From a virus, in the IMG/VR virus record IMGVR_UViG_3300047476_001246: DNA of 64,000 nucleotides; one strand, given 5' to 3'. Positions 1-10,310 of this stretch are shown here, piece by piece; position 1 is the stretch's first letter, and every line of letters starts with the position of its first letter. The notes below the pieces were generated by a model that ran no database searches, was not told the origin of the DNA, and saw only the letters and a program-made list of their open reading frames with translations. Position numbers and translations under genes: made by a program.

Positions 1-1719
1 AGTGATATTGGCACGCAGTTTGTTAATTTCTATGTTGGCAGCAGCCACGTTTGCATTGGTTGCAATAATATTGGCAGAGTATAATCCAATATTACTTTCT
101 AATGTAGAAATACTGATGTTTGCTAGTGTTAGTCCGTTTTGTACACTAATAATATTGGCATTGGCAGCAGACACATTTGCATTGATCAAATTGATTTGAA
201 TACTTTGTGCGGCAGCATTGGCAGTCAATGATGCTAAACTTGCATTTTGAGTAGATGCATTTGCATACAGATCCGACAGTGTTGATGCCTGGGTAGCTGC
301 ATTTGCTACCAAAGTGTTTAGTGTTGCAGCCTGCAGTCCGGCATTGGAATACAAGCTGTTGATATCAATATTGATACTGGTAATATTACCTTGAAGTATC
401 AACACATTGGCATTTGATGCAATTACGTTTGCTCTTAATGCATTTATTTCTGTTGACTGTGCAGCAGCATTTGCATTTGCCAATGTCAGTGCAGCGTTAA
501 TTGCTGCTAACGATACGCTCTGGGTAGCAGCATTGGCTGTTAATGTATTGATACTTGCTGCCAGTGTGCCTGTGTTGGATTGCAAGGCCACAATATTAAG
601 ATTGCTTAATGTTGTTGCAGTTTGTATACTTGCAATTCTTAGGTTCGCAGCAGCTACGTTCGCGTTAATTGACGCAACGTTGGCATTGCCACCAAACGCT
701 GTTGATTGCACTGTACCGTCAGAAAAACGAATAGTAAGTCCGTTGTTGAGTTGAAGAACATTGCTTGTTAATAATTGCAATTGCGGAACAGACAGATTGC
801 CAGCCATGAATTCCACATTGTGTGTTTCGCTTTGTAGTTGTAAATTTCCACCTGTAATAAACACATAACCGTCGTGTGCTCGTCCCCACGGAAAAGCAGG
901 ATCACTATACGTACTGCCACTCATGCCAAGAGTGATGAAATTGCTTAGGTCGCTGCCGTCGTCGGCGGTGACTACCAAATCGCCGCTGCCTGCTGGATCA
1001 AAATTTTGTAGATTTATTTGAAGGTAGGTGTTTGCATCACCTGCGCTGTTTCCATAAAACAAAGCCGCTGCATTGTTGTAAATTTGACCAATGCCTTCGC
1101 TGATCGCAGGTCCCACAACAAGATAGGAATCTGAGCGGATATAATTAACTGTGCTAATAGAATTGGCTGTGATATTGCCAGTAAAATTGGCACCAGACAA
1201 ACTGGCCTTGGTTAGAATAGCAGCATTGGCAGCAGCTACGTTTGCATTGACCGAAGCTACATTAGCTAAAATAGCGTTTCCGCTCAAAGCATTATCAATG
1301 CTTGCATTTACATAAGCAATAGATGCTTTGGTACTGTTTAGATTAGATATAGATACTGCTTGTGTTGCTGCATTACTTTCTAGGGTATTGATGCGTGAGG
1401 AATGATTTGAAATTGCTAAATTGGCAGCAGCTACATTTGCATTAACCGAAGCAAATGATGTGTTTAGAACGGCAATATTGCCAGCAACCGCATTGTCGAC
1501 ATATCCTTTACTTGCGGTATTTGGAATATCTGCCGCAGTCAACGACACATTGCCAACTTGACCATTAACCGAATAAACCAAAACATTGGCAGCAGTAATT
1601 TGTACATTACCACTGTAAAGTTCAGAGAAATTCTCGTTAATTTTTGTAAATGCTGTTCTTAACGGATCCCCACTACCGTCGCTGGCCGTGTTTCCGGTAA
1701 TAATTAACTGTTGTGCCAT
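1..1719 (-). CDS. Tail/baseplate or tail-fibre structural protein, 5' part (runs off the window edge)
   Basis: Not in the ORF track (no stop in window). ATG at 1719 gives MAQQLIITGNTASDGSGDPLRTAFTKINENFSELY, the DGxGDxLRxAFxKINxNF N-terminal motif of T4-like baseplate/tail proteins; Ala/Asn-rich repeats follow; TAAATA late-type promoter near 1740-1745. Confidence 0.8.
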   Translation of the reverse strand, partial: MAQQLIITGNTASDGSGDPLRTAFTKINENFSELYSGNVQITAANVLVYSVNGQVGNVSLTAADIPNTASKGYVDNAVAGNIAVLNTSFASVNANVAAANLAISNHSSRINTLESNAATQAVSISNLNSTKASIAYVNASIDNALSGNAILANVASVNANVAAANAAILTKASLSGANFTGNITANSISTVNYIRSDSYLVVGPAISEGIGQIYNNAAALFYGNSAGDANTYLQINLQNFDPAGSGDLVVTADDGSDLSNFITLGMSGSTYSDPAFPWGRAHDGYVFITGGNLQLQSETHNVEFMAGNLSVPQLQLLTSNVLQLNNGLTIRFSDGTVQSTAFGGNANVASINANVAAANLRIASIQTATTLSNLNIVALQSNTGTLAASINTLTANAATQSVSLAAINAALTLANANAAAQSTEINALRANVIASNANVLILQGNITSINIDINSLYSNAGLQAATLNTLVANAATQASTLSDLYANASTQNASLASLTANAAAQSIQINLINANVSAANANIISVQNGLTLANISISTLESNIGLYSANIIATNANVAAANIEINKLRANIT

Positions 1720-1777
1720 AAATCTTCCTATATACTAGGTATTTATGGCGTTTGGCGGGAATAGAGTTTTGGGAGAA

Positions 1778-2104
1778 CTAGTAAGGACTAAAGCTGCTAC
1801 CACATCCACACGTGGTCTGTGCTTGTGGATTTTCAATGGCAAAACTGGAGCCCATTGCGTCTTCGGTATATTTGATTTTGGCGCCTTGTAGATATTGGGC
1901 ACTCATGGAGTCAACCAACAAGCCAACTCCATCGAATTCTAAATCAAAATCATCTTCGTTTTTGGCATCGTCGAAGGTAAATCCGTACTGAAATCCCGAA
2001 CATCCGCCACCTTGTACAAATATACGTAGTTTAAGATCCGGGTTCCCTTCTTCAGCTATTAGTTCTTTGAGTTTTAGTACTGCACTTTCTTGCAAATCAA
2101 TCAT
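1778..2104 (-). CDS. erpA: Fe-S cluster insertion protein ErpA/IscA (HesB family)
   Basis: [17 protein letters not shown] and C-terminal TCGCGSSF. Confidence 0.95.
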   Translation of the reverse strand: MIDLQESAVLKLKELIAEEGNPDLKLRIFVQGGGCSGFQYGFTFDDAKNEDDFDLEFDGVGLLVDSMSAQYLQGAKIKYTEDAMGSSFAIENPQAQTTCGCGSSFSPY

Positions 2105-2652
2105 GCACGATCTCCTGCGTAAATTCTTCTGTTAACATATTCCCAGTTAATAATTCGCCAAATGTTTTTTAAGTATCGTTTCTTGTCGGCGCCGTAATCG
2201 GTGGCCCAAGCATGCTCCCACCAGTCCACGAGTAATGCAATATCTGTGCGTTTGGCATGATTTTTGATAGTTTTAATTTGCCCTTGACGACTGAGATAGA
2301 TCCAATTTGACCCTTGCAGTTTCATTGCTTGTTCTTCAAACTCTCGTTTGAAATCCGTAAAATTACCAAAGTGTCTGTTGATCAGGGCAAGACTTGCGCC
2401 AGTGGGACTGTTTGCATTTTTGGGTGGGCGAAGTTGTGGGAAGAAAATGTTGTGCAAGTATGCACCTGCTTCGTTGAAGCTGGCATCACCTTCGCCCTTG
2501 TTGTATCTGTCTACATAGCCCCGAGCCAGTTTACCATAATGATTATCTATGGTAGTTTTGCTCATTACTGGAGACAGCGAGCTGGCACCGTAAGGTAATT
2601 TTTTTAACTCCAGTTTCTTTTTTTCTTCAGTTAAGGCAATAAGTTCGCGCAT
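2101..2652 (-). CDS. Fe/Mn superoxide dismutase
   Basis: LPY..L.P..S..T...HY, AYLHN.F and DWWEHAW metal-ligand motifs. Confidence 0.9.
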   Translation of the reverse strand: MRELIALTEEKKKLELKKLPYGASSLSPVMSKTTIDNHYGKLARGYVDRYNKGEGDASFNEAGAYLHNIFFPQLRPPKNANSPTGASLALINRHFGNFTDFKREFEEQAMKLQGSNWIYLSRQGQIKTIKNHAKRTDIALLVDWWEHAWATDYGADKKRYLKNIWRIINWEYVNRRIYAGDRA

Positions 2653-2656
2653 ATTT

Positions 2657-2875
2657 CTATTTAGTGCGATATACTATGCGTCCTCGATTGAGATCGTACG
2701 GGCTCATTTCCACTTCTACACTGTCCCCGGCTAATATACGTATATTATTTTGTCTCAATTTTCCTGCTATAGTGGCAATGATTTGATGGTTATTTTCTAA
2801 TGTGACCCGAAACATTGCACTAGGCAACAGTTCGTCTACTACACCAGACAATTTAATTAGATCTTCTTTACTCAC
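2657..2875 (-). CDS. infA: Translation initiation factor IF-1
   Basis: [12 protein letters not shown]...[33 protein letters not shown]. Confidence 0.97.
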   Translation of the reverse strand: MSKEDLIKLSGVVDELLPSAMFRVTLENNHQIIATIAGKLRQNNIRILAGDSVEVEMSPYDLNRGRIVYRTK

Positions 2876-2896
2876 ACATTTCCCTAAAAATCATAT

Positions 2897-3292
2897 TTAG
2901 TATCGCCAACCTTTGACATCACCAGCTACTCGTCCTTTGATTGTGTGACAAGTCTTACATAATTCTTCAACATTGTTTGGAACATTATTCCAGCCGTTGC
3001 CGTCTTTATGATCCAAATCAGTTGGTAGTTTAATATGTTTTGGCAATTTTCCTGTAGGACATTTCCAACCTAAATGCCCAGCTGTATTAGTACATTTAAA
3101 TTGATGAAATGCAACTGGTTGCTTTCTTTTAGGATTTTCCAACAATTCTTTTTTTGTTAACAGTCTAGCACCACCGGTCTTCCATCGCGCCTTCTGGCAT
3201 GCATTACAATGTGGACGCGGCTTACCTGATAAATGATTGAACATAACTGGGCGACCGCAATGTTTATTGATGCAAGTAGGAATAGGCTTCAT
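2897..3292 (-). CDS. HNH endonuclease-family protein
   Basis: DLDHKDGNGWNNVPNNVEELCKTCH. Confidence 0.8.
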   Translation of the reverse strand: MKPIPTCINKHCGRPVMFNHLSGKPRPHCNACQKARWKTGGARLLTKKELLENPKRKQPVAFHQFKCTNTAGHLGWKCPTGKLPKHIKLPTDLDHKDGNGWNNVPNNVEELCKTCHTIKGRVAGDVKGWRY

Positions 3293-3294
3293 TG

Positions 3295-3672
3295 TTATCT
3301 CCTCATTGATGAAATGTCTTTGGCTTCTTGGTCGCTAAAGATCGGGACTGCATTAGATTTATGCATGGTACCAATACCTACAATTTTATCGCCTGTGTAT
3401 TGCATGGGTTGCTTGACAGTGACAGCACCTTTGTGTCCGGTGTCGAGGCTGGGGATACGAGTCTGACCTTCGTCACGGCGCATGGGCTTGGGCGCAACAA
3501 AAGAACTGCGTCCTGCTTGCAGTTTGGTCTTGGGTGCGTATCGGTCCTTGAGTTGCTGCCATTCAGCATCCAATAATTCAGCTTGACGTTTTTGTTCAGC
3601 ACTGGCCCATTTTTTCTTGCCTTTACGACGGCCAGTCATTGACAGCCACGGACCTTCCATATGCATACTCAT
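3295..3672 (-). CDS. Phage hypothetical protein
   Basis: ORF with RBS; C-terminal YTGDKIVGIGTMHKSNAVPIF resembles a T4-like phage hypothetical family (recollection, unverified). Confidence 0.65.
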   Translation of the reverse strand: MSMHMEGPWLSMTGRRKGKKKWASAEQKRQAELLDAEWQQLKDRYAPKTKLQAGRSSFVAPKPMRRDEGQTRIPSLDTGHKGAVTVKQPMQYTGDKIVGIGTMHKSNAVPIFSDQEAKDISSMRR

Positions 3673-3729
3673 AGTTGCGCTCCTAAACAAGTCAATAGAA
3701 TTATAGTATAACATTATGAGGATTTATCG

Positions 3730-4890
3730 TCAAGCTCTTTCTGGAAAGAAGTCCTTTTGGGTGCCTTCTCTGTGCAAATCGGACGTTAAACAGTGCCATC
3801 CACCGTCCCAAAAATAACGATGTCTGAAGTTGATAACATGAGCAGTAATTCCCCTTTTGGCAAAGGCGTCAAATACTTTTTGATTGTAATTGTTGCACAA
3901 AACATTCTTTTCGTCAATGACCAACATGTTTACATCAAACACAGTTTCTTCAACATAGCCAACCCATTTGGTCATCCATTTTTCAACAAAATCAGTAAAG
4001 TCGTCGTTGAGTTCTTCGCCGGGCACCCACCATTTACCTCGAGTTTTTTCCCTCAGTTCCGTGAACTCTGTTAATGCATGATAACTTTGATCTGGCAAGT
4101 AGATCACTTCCCAGCCCGGGAAGGTTTCCTCATAATTTTTAACATCGTAAAGAGAAACAATTAGACCAGGAGCCACAGGACAAAAAACAGAATCATAATG
4201 TCCCCGAGTATCCACAATGTGACATCTGTAATCTGGGAAAAGTGACGCTGCTCGAGCATGGAATTCATCGTGGTCATGTTCCTTGTAATGAGTTTCTGTG
4301 CCAAAATACAAATCTTTACCTATACGAGATATCATTGCTGTGTTAACAGGTGTGGCATTGTCATGATCAAACAGCCCGAACACATGTTCTATAGTATTGC
4401 CTTGTTTTTCAACAAGATTCAATATTGGTTCTAGTTCTTCGTAAAAAGTGGCGTGATTTACTTTATTGGTCAATATGTCCGTGATCCAACTGGGTAAATT
4501 TTTTGTATCTTTAAAATCCAGCGGAATATTTTTATACTGTTTGCCTTCTTTTAAAATTTTTAAAAGAGCTTCTTTGTTGTGTGGAGTGGGCATGTAAAAC
4601 TTATCGCCAATCATGGCAGTATAGTCTCTTGGACACATCAAAGGTGGTTTGTATTTTCCGTTATAAAGCAAACATTTGTCCCGCTCAAAGTTATGCACCC
4701 GCACAACTTCAACATCAAACGATTTTAAAAAAGTAATCAGCGCCTGATAATCTTCTTCGGTTTCTTCAGCGATACGATAGAATACGTTTCGAACTTTTTT
4801 ATTTTTAATAAAATCGTAAAACTCAGGTGGGTAAGATCTTCCTACTGCACAAACTTTGAGTGGATCCCAATGTTGATGAACCGAATACAT
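3730..4890 (-). CDS. Amidinotransferase (glycine/inosamine-phosphate amidinotransferase-like)
   Basis: WDPLK...VG, CPRD, GHYDS and C-terminal DGGWHCLTSDLHR with catalytic Cys. Confidence 0.9.
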   Translation of the reverse strand: MYSVHQHWDPLKVCAVGRSYPPEFYDFIKNKKVRNVFYRIAEETEEDYQALITFLKSFDVEVVRVHNFERDKCLLYNGKYKPPLMCPRDYTAMIGDKFYMPTPHNKEALLKILKEGKQYKNIPLDFKDTKNLPSWITDILTNKVNHATFYEELEPILNLVEKQGNTIEHVFGLFDHDNATPVNTAMISRIGKDLYFGTETHYKEHDHDEFHARAASLFPDYRCHIVDTRGHYDSVFCPVAPGLIVSLYDVKNYEETFPGWEVIYLPDQSYHALTEFTELREKTRGKWWVPGEELNDDFTDFVEKWMTKWVGYVEETVFDVNMLVIDEKNVLCNNYNQKVFDAFAKRGITAHVINFRHRYFWDGGWHCLTSDLHREGTQKDFFPERA

Positions 4891-5319
4891 TTATATTGCT
4901 CCTAAAATTTCAAATCCGTCTATTTTGCTTTTATACTCGTCTGCACCGCCCAGGTACAGATACGTGTACCCTAGTTTTTTATACAAGGCGCATTCGTGTT
5001 TTAAGCTTTCAATTCCTAGACTTGTCTTTGGATTGTGATAAGTCCATGCAAATTGAACAGCTTCTACATTATCATGGTCGTATTTTCTAATGATGCTAAA
5101 AGCTACTAACACACCCTGATCAAAGTATCCAATAACGTCACTATGAGGATCTTGGTACTCGCTATCAAAAATTGGTTTTACACTGGGAAATTTTTTATAT
5201 CTACAATATTGTATATAGATATCGTTTAGTGTGTCAATATCAGGATTGCGTATAAATTCCCAATCAGATGGAAATAAACTGTAATTAGTTTTTTCTAGAT
5301 TAATTCTTGCATAAATCAT
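4891..5319 (-). CDS. GNAT-fold protein resembling the C-terminal domain of aminoacyl-tRNA-protein transferase (ATE/Bpt)
   Basis: G.LVAFS...SLGIESLKHE...K.LGY.YLYLG...YK matches the ATE_C pattern. Confidence 0.6.
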   Translation of the reverse strand: MIYARINLEKTNYSLFPSDWEFIRNPDIDTLNDIYIQYCRYKKFPSVKPIFDSEYQDPHSDVIGYFDQGVLVAFSIIRKYDHDNVEAVQFAWTYHNPKTSLGIESLKHECALYKKLGYTYLYLGGADEYKSKIDGFEILGAI

Positions 5320-5794
5320 AACGCCAATTGACCACTTGATCCAAGTTTTCTTGGGACCAAGTTGTGTAGTATCCTTTTTCTTTTAGTTGATCTGCTGCGG
5401 TGTTTAATTTACTTAGCCGTTGCAATATCATAAGACCACATTCTCCAAAGTTCATCTGCACACCGTTGATCAGCTCAACCGAATCTGGATGATCTTCCAG
5501 TACCACACAATCGCGCCAGATCAGAATACTGTTAATGTGTTTTGTAAATAGTTCAATTTGACTGGCAGAAAATTTGGTATGATCAAAACACAGCACCACA
5601 GCATCATGTGTATCTAATTTAGATATGTACTGAGCTATTGCCAATGGCGAATCAAATACAATGTGTATTTTGTTGTTAAGACGGGCTCTCCTTGCGTACG
5701 GACAAGGAGGCCAGTTGTTTAGGAGAGGATTAGGTTTTTCAACAAAATCAACAAGCCATTGATTGAGTTTTAGTCTAACAGATTGTTCATCCAT
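5300..5794 (-). CDS. Hypothetical protein, DUF1415-like (W...FV......PCPYA; DHP)
   Basis: Motif resemblance; overlaps the downstream gene. Confidence 0.5.
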   Translation of the reverse strand: MDEQSVRLKLNQWLVDFVEKPNPLLNNWPPCPYARRARLNNKIHIVFDSPLAIAQYISKLDTHDAVVLCFDHTKFSASQIELFTKHINSILIWRDCVVLEDHPDSVELINGVQMNFGECGLMILQRLSKLNTAADQLKEKGYYTTWSQENLDQVVNWRYDLCKN

Positions 5795-6146
5795 TTGTGG
5801 TTTGAACGGGATCTAAAATTTTGGTAATAGTTGATTTGTCATCAACAACTACAATTTTGTGACGTGGGTAATAAATCTGAATATTTTTAGCGGCGTCGTC
5901 CTCGGTAAGACCTTGGCCCAGGAACCGGTTATTTTTTCCGTAAGCTAGAACAACTTTATGCCCATTTTCTTCTACATGTTCGAATCTCAGAGCAAGCACT
6001 GACTTTTCAGCTTCTCGTACAGCTACTTCTTCGTCAACAGCTTCGGCTATGCGGTGCTTGAGATCTTGAACAAAGATCCAAGACTTTAGCAGTTGCCAAC
6101 CAAGATAGAAAAAACATGCCCAACCAATGATTTCAACTATATCCAT
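5787..6146 (-). CDS. Hypothetical protein with N-terminal membrane anchor
   Basis: ORF track; hydrophobic N-terminus. Confidence 0.65.
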   Translation of the reverse strand: MDIVEIIGWACFFYLGWQLLKSWIFVQDLKHRIAEAVDEEVAVREAEKSVLALRFEHVEENGHKVVLAYGKNNRFLGQGLTEDDAAKNIQIYYPRHKIVVVDDKSTITKILDPVQTTNG

Positions 6147-6147
6147 T

Positions 6148-6978
6148 TTAGGTCCAAAGTGCTTGACGAATTTTAATTAGACGAATCATCATCTCTTCGT
6201 CCTCTTTTGTATACTTATCTTCGATTGCTTGAGTGGCGTCTAGTGCTTGGCGGCTCGCCTCAAGCTCTTCCTCCGTGCGATCTTCGAAGTCCAACAAGTC
6301 TGCCCCATTCTTTCTACGCTGTTCACAGTAGGCGCTCCAACCTCCGGCATCGTGTGGATCCGGGCGATTGGGGTAAACTTCTGTCCACCACTTATAAAGT
6401 TCAAGAATTTCCTGTGCAGCCCGGGCCTGATAAGTGGGCTCGGCTAGATGCTTTTTGTCTTCATCCAAGAATTCTTCGTTGGTAAGCTCCATTTGCCACG
6501 CCAAGCAATCAAGTCCGGCTTGAGGGCAGCGCCAGGTGCGCCAACGGAACCAACCGGTGGCCCAGAATGGTGCGTCATACTTTGCTTTGGCGTCTTTGTC
6601 GGCCCAGGCAATGTGCCACCAAGCCAACTCTACTTCAACAAAATCTCTAAGTTCGTTAAAAAGACATGGGAGAAAACGATTGCCAACGTCACACCAAGTA
6701 CCAGGGGCAATATCACGAGGGTGAGCAGTGAGTGCGTGGGTTCGAGTAACGAATCGATTGTTGATATAATATTTGAGATCATACAGTTTATCCGGAATAT
6801 AGAATACAACGGTTTGTAGGTAGTCCAGCCCTGTGTCGGCCAACCAGTAGCGGATGGGATGTCGTGATTCGGCAGCTTCACGCCACTCGCGCCAGCCACG
6901 TGAAGTAAGAGCACCTGGGCTTGGTGTGCCGCGGAGCCAGTCTGCAAATTTGCTGCAAGTCCAATAATGATTAGGCAT
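6148..6978 (-). CDS. Hypothetical phage protein (Trp-rich)
   Basis: 276-aa ORF packed among co-oriented genes. Confidence 0.75.
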   Translation of the reverse strand: MPNHYWTCSKFADWLRGTPSPGALTSRGWREWREAAESRHPIRYWLADTGLDYLQTVVFYIPDKLYDLKYYINNRFVTRTHALTAHPRDIAPGTWCDVGNRFLPCLFNELRDFVEVELAWWHIAWADKDAKAKYDAPFWATGWFRWRTWRCPQAGLDCLAWQMELTNEEFLDEDKKHLAEPTYQARAAQEILELYKWWTEVYPNRPDPHDAGGWSAYCEQRRKNGADLLDFEDRTEEELEASRQALDATQAIEDKYTKEDEEMMIRLIKIRQALWT

Positions 6979-7315
6979 TGGTTTTCTTTCGGTTGTTGCT
7001 AAAAGTTTCTACATCAATTATAGCACTTTCGAGAGTTTTTGCATAGTTCAAAGCTTGCTGTTTGGACATATGAATATCATTGTAAGTTTCGATATATCCA
7101 CGAGTTAACAGAGTCCAAATGTTTTGCCAACGATTACGGCTCCACCAATTGGTTTTGGTTTTAACGTACACTCGTGCCCAGATTCCGGTTTCCTCAGCCT
7201 CAATGTTTAATTCGTGATCTGATCCACACCCACAACTGCAAGGAACAACGTAAAACTTACTGTCGCCCCAATCGTGTGTTTTTAAGATACCTTCGGCTGG
7301 CTTTTCTACTTCCAT
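6971..7315 (-). CDS. Hypothetical protein
   Basis: Start re-assigned to MEVEKP, downstream of GAGG. Confidence 0.6.
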   Translation of the reverse strand: MEVEKPAEGILKTHDWGDSKFYVVPCSCGCGSDHELNIEAEETGIWARVYVKTKTNWWSRNRWQNIWTLLTRGYIETYNDIHMSKQQALNYAKTLESAIIDVETFSNNRKKTNA

Positions 7316-7572
7316 TTTAGCGATTCCTCTAATTTGTCTTCGGCATCTAGAACGTCTTGACCGTATTCCATCATTTCCCACAGATTATCTGAATTGTCAT
7401 CAAATGGGCGTCGTCCCACAAACTCTACGTAATAGCCTTCTTGATCTTGTTTGTACCAAAGTAATGTATAGCAGTACTCAGTACCATCGCCGTTCTGCGC
7501 CCAACGAACAATTTCAGCAGGACGTCCTTCCTTATTCCGGCGAAATTCTAAATTGTCTTTTCTAAGATTCAT
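7306..7572 (-). CDS. Hypothetical protein
   Basis: ORF track; operon packing. Confidence 0.6.
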   Translation of the reverse strand: MNLRKDNLEFRRNKEGRPAEIVRWAQNGDGTEYCYTLLWYKQDQEGYYVEFVGRRPFDDNSDNLWEMMEYGQDVLDAEDKLEESLKWK

Positions 7573-7687
7573 TACTTACTCCCAAATCTTTTCAAACATG
7601 CCATGTATCCTGCTAGATAACTATCCCAATCAAGAGTAGACTTTTCTGCAACATAGTCTTGCTTAACTCGTTCAATAAATTCTGGTG

Positions 7688-7891
7688 TCATTTTGGGAAA
7701 TGTTTGTTTAATACTTCCAGTTTATCTTCATACTCGGCAATGATAGCCATTTCTTTTTCTACTGCTTCCATCCAATCTGTGTGGTCATGAATGGCCATGG
7801 GATTTTTCAGCATGATTTCGATGTTCATTTTGTGTTTTACTACATGTGCCGAAAAATGCACTCGTAGTGTGTCTAACAGTTGCTCTCTCAT
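7688..7891 (-). CDS. Hypothetical protein
   Basis: ORF track; RBS AAGGA. Confidence 0.6.
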   Translation of the reverse strand: MREQLLDTLRVHFSAHVVKHKMNIEIMLKNPMAIHDHTDWMEAVEKEMAIIAEYEDKLEVLNKHFPK

Positions 7892-7909
7892 TGTCGTTCC
7901 TTTAAAAAG

Positions 7910-8320
7910 TTAGTTAATTTTAGTTTGCCGCTCTGCTTCGTGTGTATCACACAATGTGCGTATCCATCCGCCATTTCTTTGACTGCCGGGGACACCACAT
8001 TCTTCACAGCTACAATCTGCCCACACTTCTGCCATACGTACCATTCCGCGAACAGTATCGTCACCGCCGTCGTAATAGAATCGAAGGCCACCAAATTTTT
8101 CTTTGATCTGTGCAGCTACCACCTGCGGCACTGCTGCGCCGCGACCGTACTTTTCAAATTGTTCATTTTTCCAATCTATGTGGCTTTGGATATTAGCACA
8201 TAGTTTTTCCAAGATTGGGTACCACCCCGGCCCACAGGCAAATCCGCCATATCGCCCCTCAAAGATTTTTGGATACTGCTCTTCCATGCGCTTAACAAAT
8301 ACATCATATTCGTCAATCAT
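7910..8320 (-). CDS. Phage hypothetical protein (QIKEKFGGLRFY, CEECG)
   Basis: Recognisable phage hypothetical motif with zinc-knuckle C-terminus. Confidence 0.75.
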   Translation of the reverse strand: MIDEYDVFVKRMEEQYPKIFEGRYGGFACGPGWYPILEKLCANIQSHIDWKNEQFEKYGRGAAVPQVVAAQIKEKFGGLRFYYDGGDDTVRGMVRMAEVWADCSCEECGVPGSQRNGGWIRTLCDTHEAERQTKIN

Positions 8321-8556
8321 TCTTCAACTCCAAAATGTTTTTGTGTATTAACCACCGCTGCGGATAGACCATCGTTGAATCCAAGATTGTTTCTTTCTGC
8401 AACCTCGTCTGTAAGTACTGCTCCACGAATACAAGCGATACATTCCTGGATAATCAACTCAGCAAAGAATTCTATTTCTTTGTCTGTGGCTTCCTGATTG
8501 TCTAGGGCAATATATAAGCCAGATCGTTCAACCAGTTCTCGAATTCGTTCGTTCAT
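8317..8556 (-). CDS. MNERI...HFGVE small paralog family protein
   Basis: Shares N- and C-terminal motifs with 9087..9305 and 11492..11773. Confidence 0.7.
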   Translation of the reverse strand: MNERIRELVERSGLYIALDNQEATDKEIEFFAELIIQECIACIRGAVLTDEVAERNNLGFNDGLSAAVVNTQKHFGVEE

Positions 8557-9086
8557 GTTTTGCTGACCTCACAGAAATATACCTTATTGCCCACATAGAA
8601 TGAATTTAATTTTTCGCATTCAGTTGCCACAGTGCTATGGGCAAATATCCATCCAAATAACATACCAACTAAAAAAATTAAGATAGCTCCGAGTATATTG
8701 TTCATTCTTCAACTCCATATTCTGTATAAAGTCGACCCAACTCTGCTCGTACTCGTTCTGCCATGGGACGATACTTTGCAGGATGAATAGGATGATACAC
8801 CCATCCCTGACCGCCCCATATCTTGCTACTATCTAACAGTCTATCCAAATCTGCTAGCAGTTGGAATCTAGGATCTGCCCACATAGCTTCCGCTTGTTTG
8901 TTCATTGCGTTTCCTTGAACAGTGGTATTCCGTCGGTCAAGTGTCTAATATATTCTAAATTAGTTGGGAAAGTATCGAGTGTGCCTCGATGGCGCTGAAT
9001 ACTTAGTTCAAATGGTTCCGGTCGTTCCAGACCATAGAAAAACATTTCTGTGGCACCTTCTTCTAACTGTTTTTTAAAATATTCGT

Positions 9087-9305
9087 TCACGATTCAACTC
9101 CGAAATGTTCGGCGACACGACAGATGCGGTCAATCACTTCAGTAATTCTACCATCACCTGGTTCGGGAAGTTCTCGTCCAAACACATCCATACACTCCAA
9201 GACTACCAGTCCTGCTAATTTATTAGCAAAGTCAGCATCAATGTGTTTGTTGCCTGGAATAGTTTTTCCAGCCTCTATCATTAGTTCGGTAATTCGTTCG
9301 TTCAT
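9087..9305 (-). CDS. MNERI...HFGVE small paralog family protein
   Basis: Paralog of 8317..8556. Confidence 0.7.
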   Translation of the reverse strand: MNERITELMIEAGKTIPGNKHIDADFANKLAGLVVLECMDVFGRELPEPGDGRITEVIDRICRVAEHFGVES

Positions 9306-10176
9306 TTAAATCTCCACATATTTAAGTTTAAAGTTGTCGGCTCTGGCTTCGTAGTCAATATAACCACGCGGATTACACACGATACGAGTAGTACCAATCA
9401 TGTAGTCAAAGTCCTCGTGAGTATGACCGTGCGTCCACAGTTTAATTTGTCGTCGATCTAAAATCCAGTTGTCCATGTCTGAGCTGTATGCGCCATTCAT
9501 AATATACTCAGTCTTGTAGCGCGGGTGAGTGCTAGCTTTGCTCGGCGCGTGATGCCCGCAAACCACAGTAGGTAGTCCCGGATGCATGGCCAGTGCTTCG
9601 TCCAAGTTACGACGGAAACGATAATGATCCTGTACTGAATCCTGCGGCAGAAATCGGCCACCGGCAGTAGGGCCAGTATTTTTAATTTGTCTATAATCGT
9701 TCATTACTCCAAGGATATGACTCATTGTGACAGGGTCTTCTCCATTCATGTCAGTCCATAATGTACCACCAAAGAACAGCACACCATTGATAATGCGCCA
9801 CTCGTTGTCTAGAATGTGGAGGTTGTGAATATCACCGAATGTGCCTTTGATAATTCGGTATGTTTCGGCAAAGTCGCCGTGGTAGGATTCATGATTGCCG
9901 GTGATATAAATTACTTGCGGGAATCGGTCGCAGCAACGGTTAATGAAATCTACATATCGTTTTGCACGAGTACGAACGGAACTTGTAGCCATAACAATCT
10001 CTGCATTTTCATCGTATGCAAAGTCTTTAAGTTCGCTGGCAATAAGAATATCCCCACCGAGGATCAAAACATCCGCGTTTTCGTCATTGGCAAAATCTAG
10101 ATCGCCAAACTCAAGGTGAAGTCATCTAAAGATCCGAGCAAATAGCTGCTCGGACCTTGTTTCCTTTCTGGCTCAT
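9306..10176 (-). CDS. Calcineurin-like metallophosphoesterase interrupted by a 10-nt gap (bypass candidate or pseudogene)
   Basis: RBS AAAGGA and ATG at 10176 give MSQKGNKVRAAICSDL*; removing 10 nt restores SDLHLEFGD...GGDI, GNHE, HHAP and HGHTH motifs. Confidence 0.8.
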
Positions 10177-10310
10177 ATTATGATCCTTTAAATGTTAGTT
10201 GATAGTGCTATTGTACAACAAATTGAAATTAATGTCAAGAAAACTAAATAAGAGTGTAGTTCGCGGAATTGGCGTTCCCAACTACTCTAACATTATAGGG
10301 CAATGTCAGC

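Noticed and set aside
2-754. Plus-strand ORFs 2..199 and 407..754
   Set aside because: Antisense shadows of the minus-strand tail gene 1..1719
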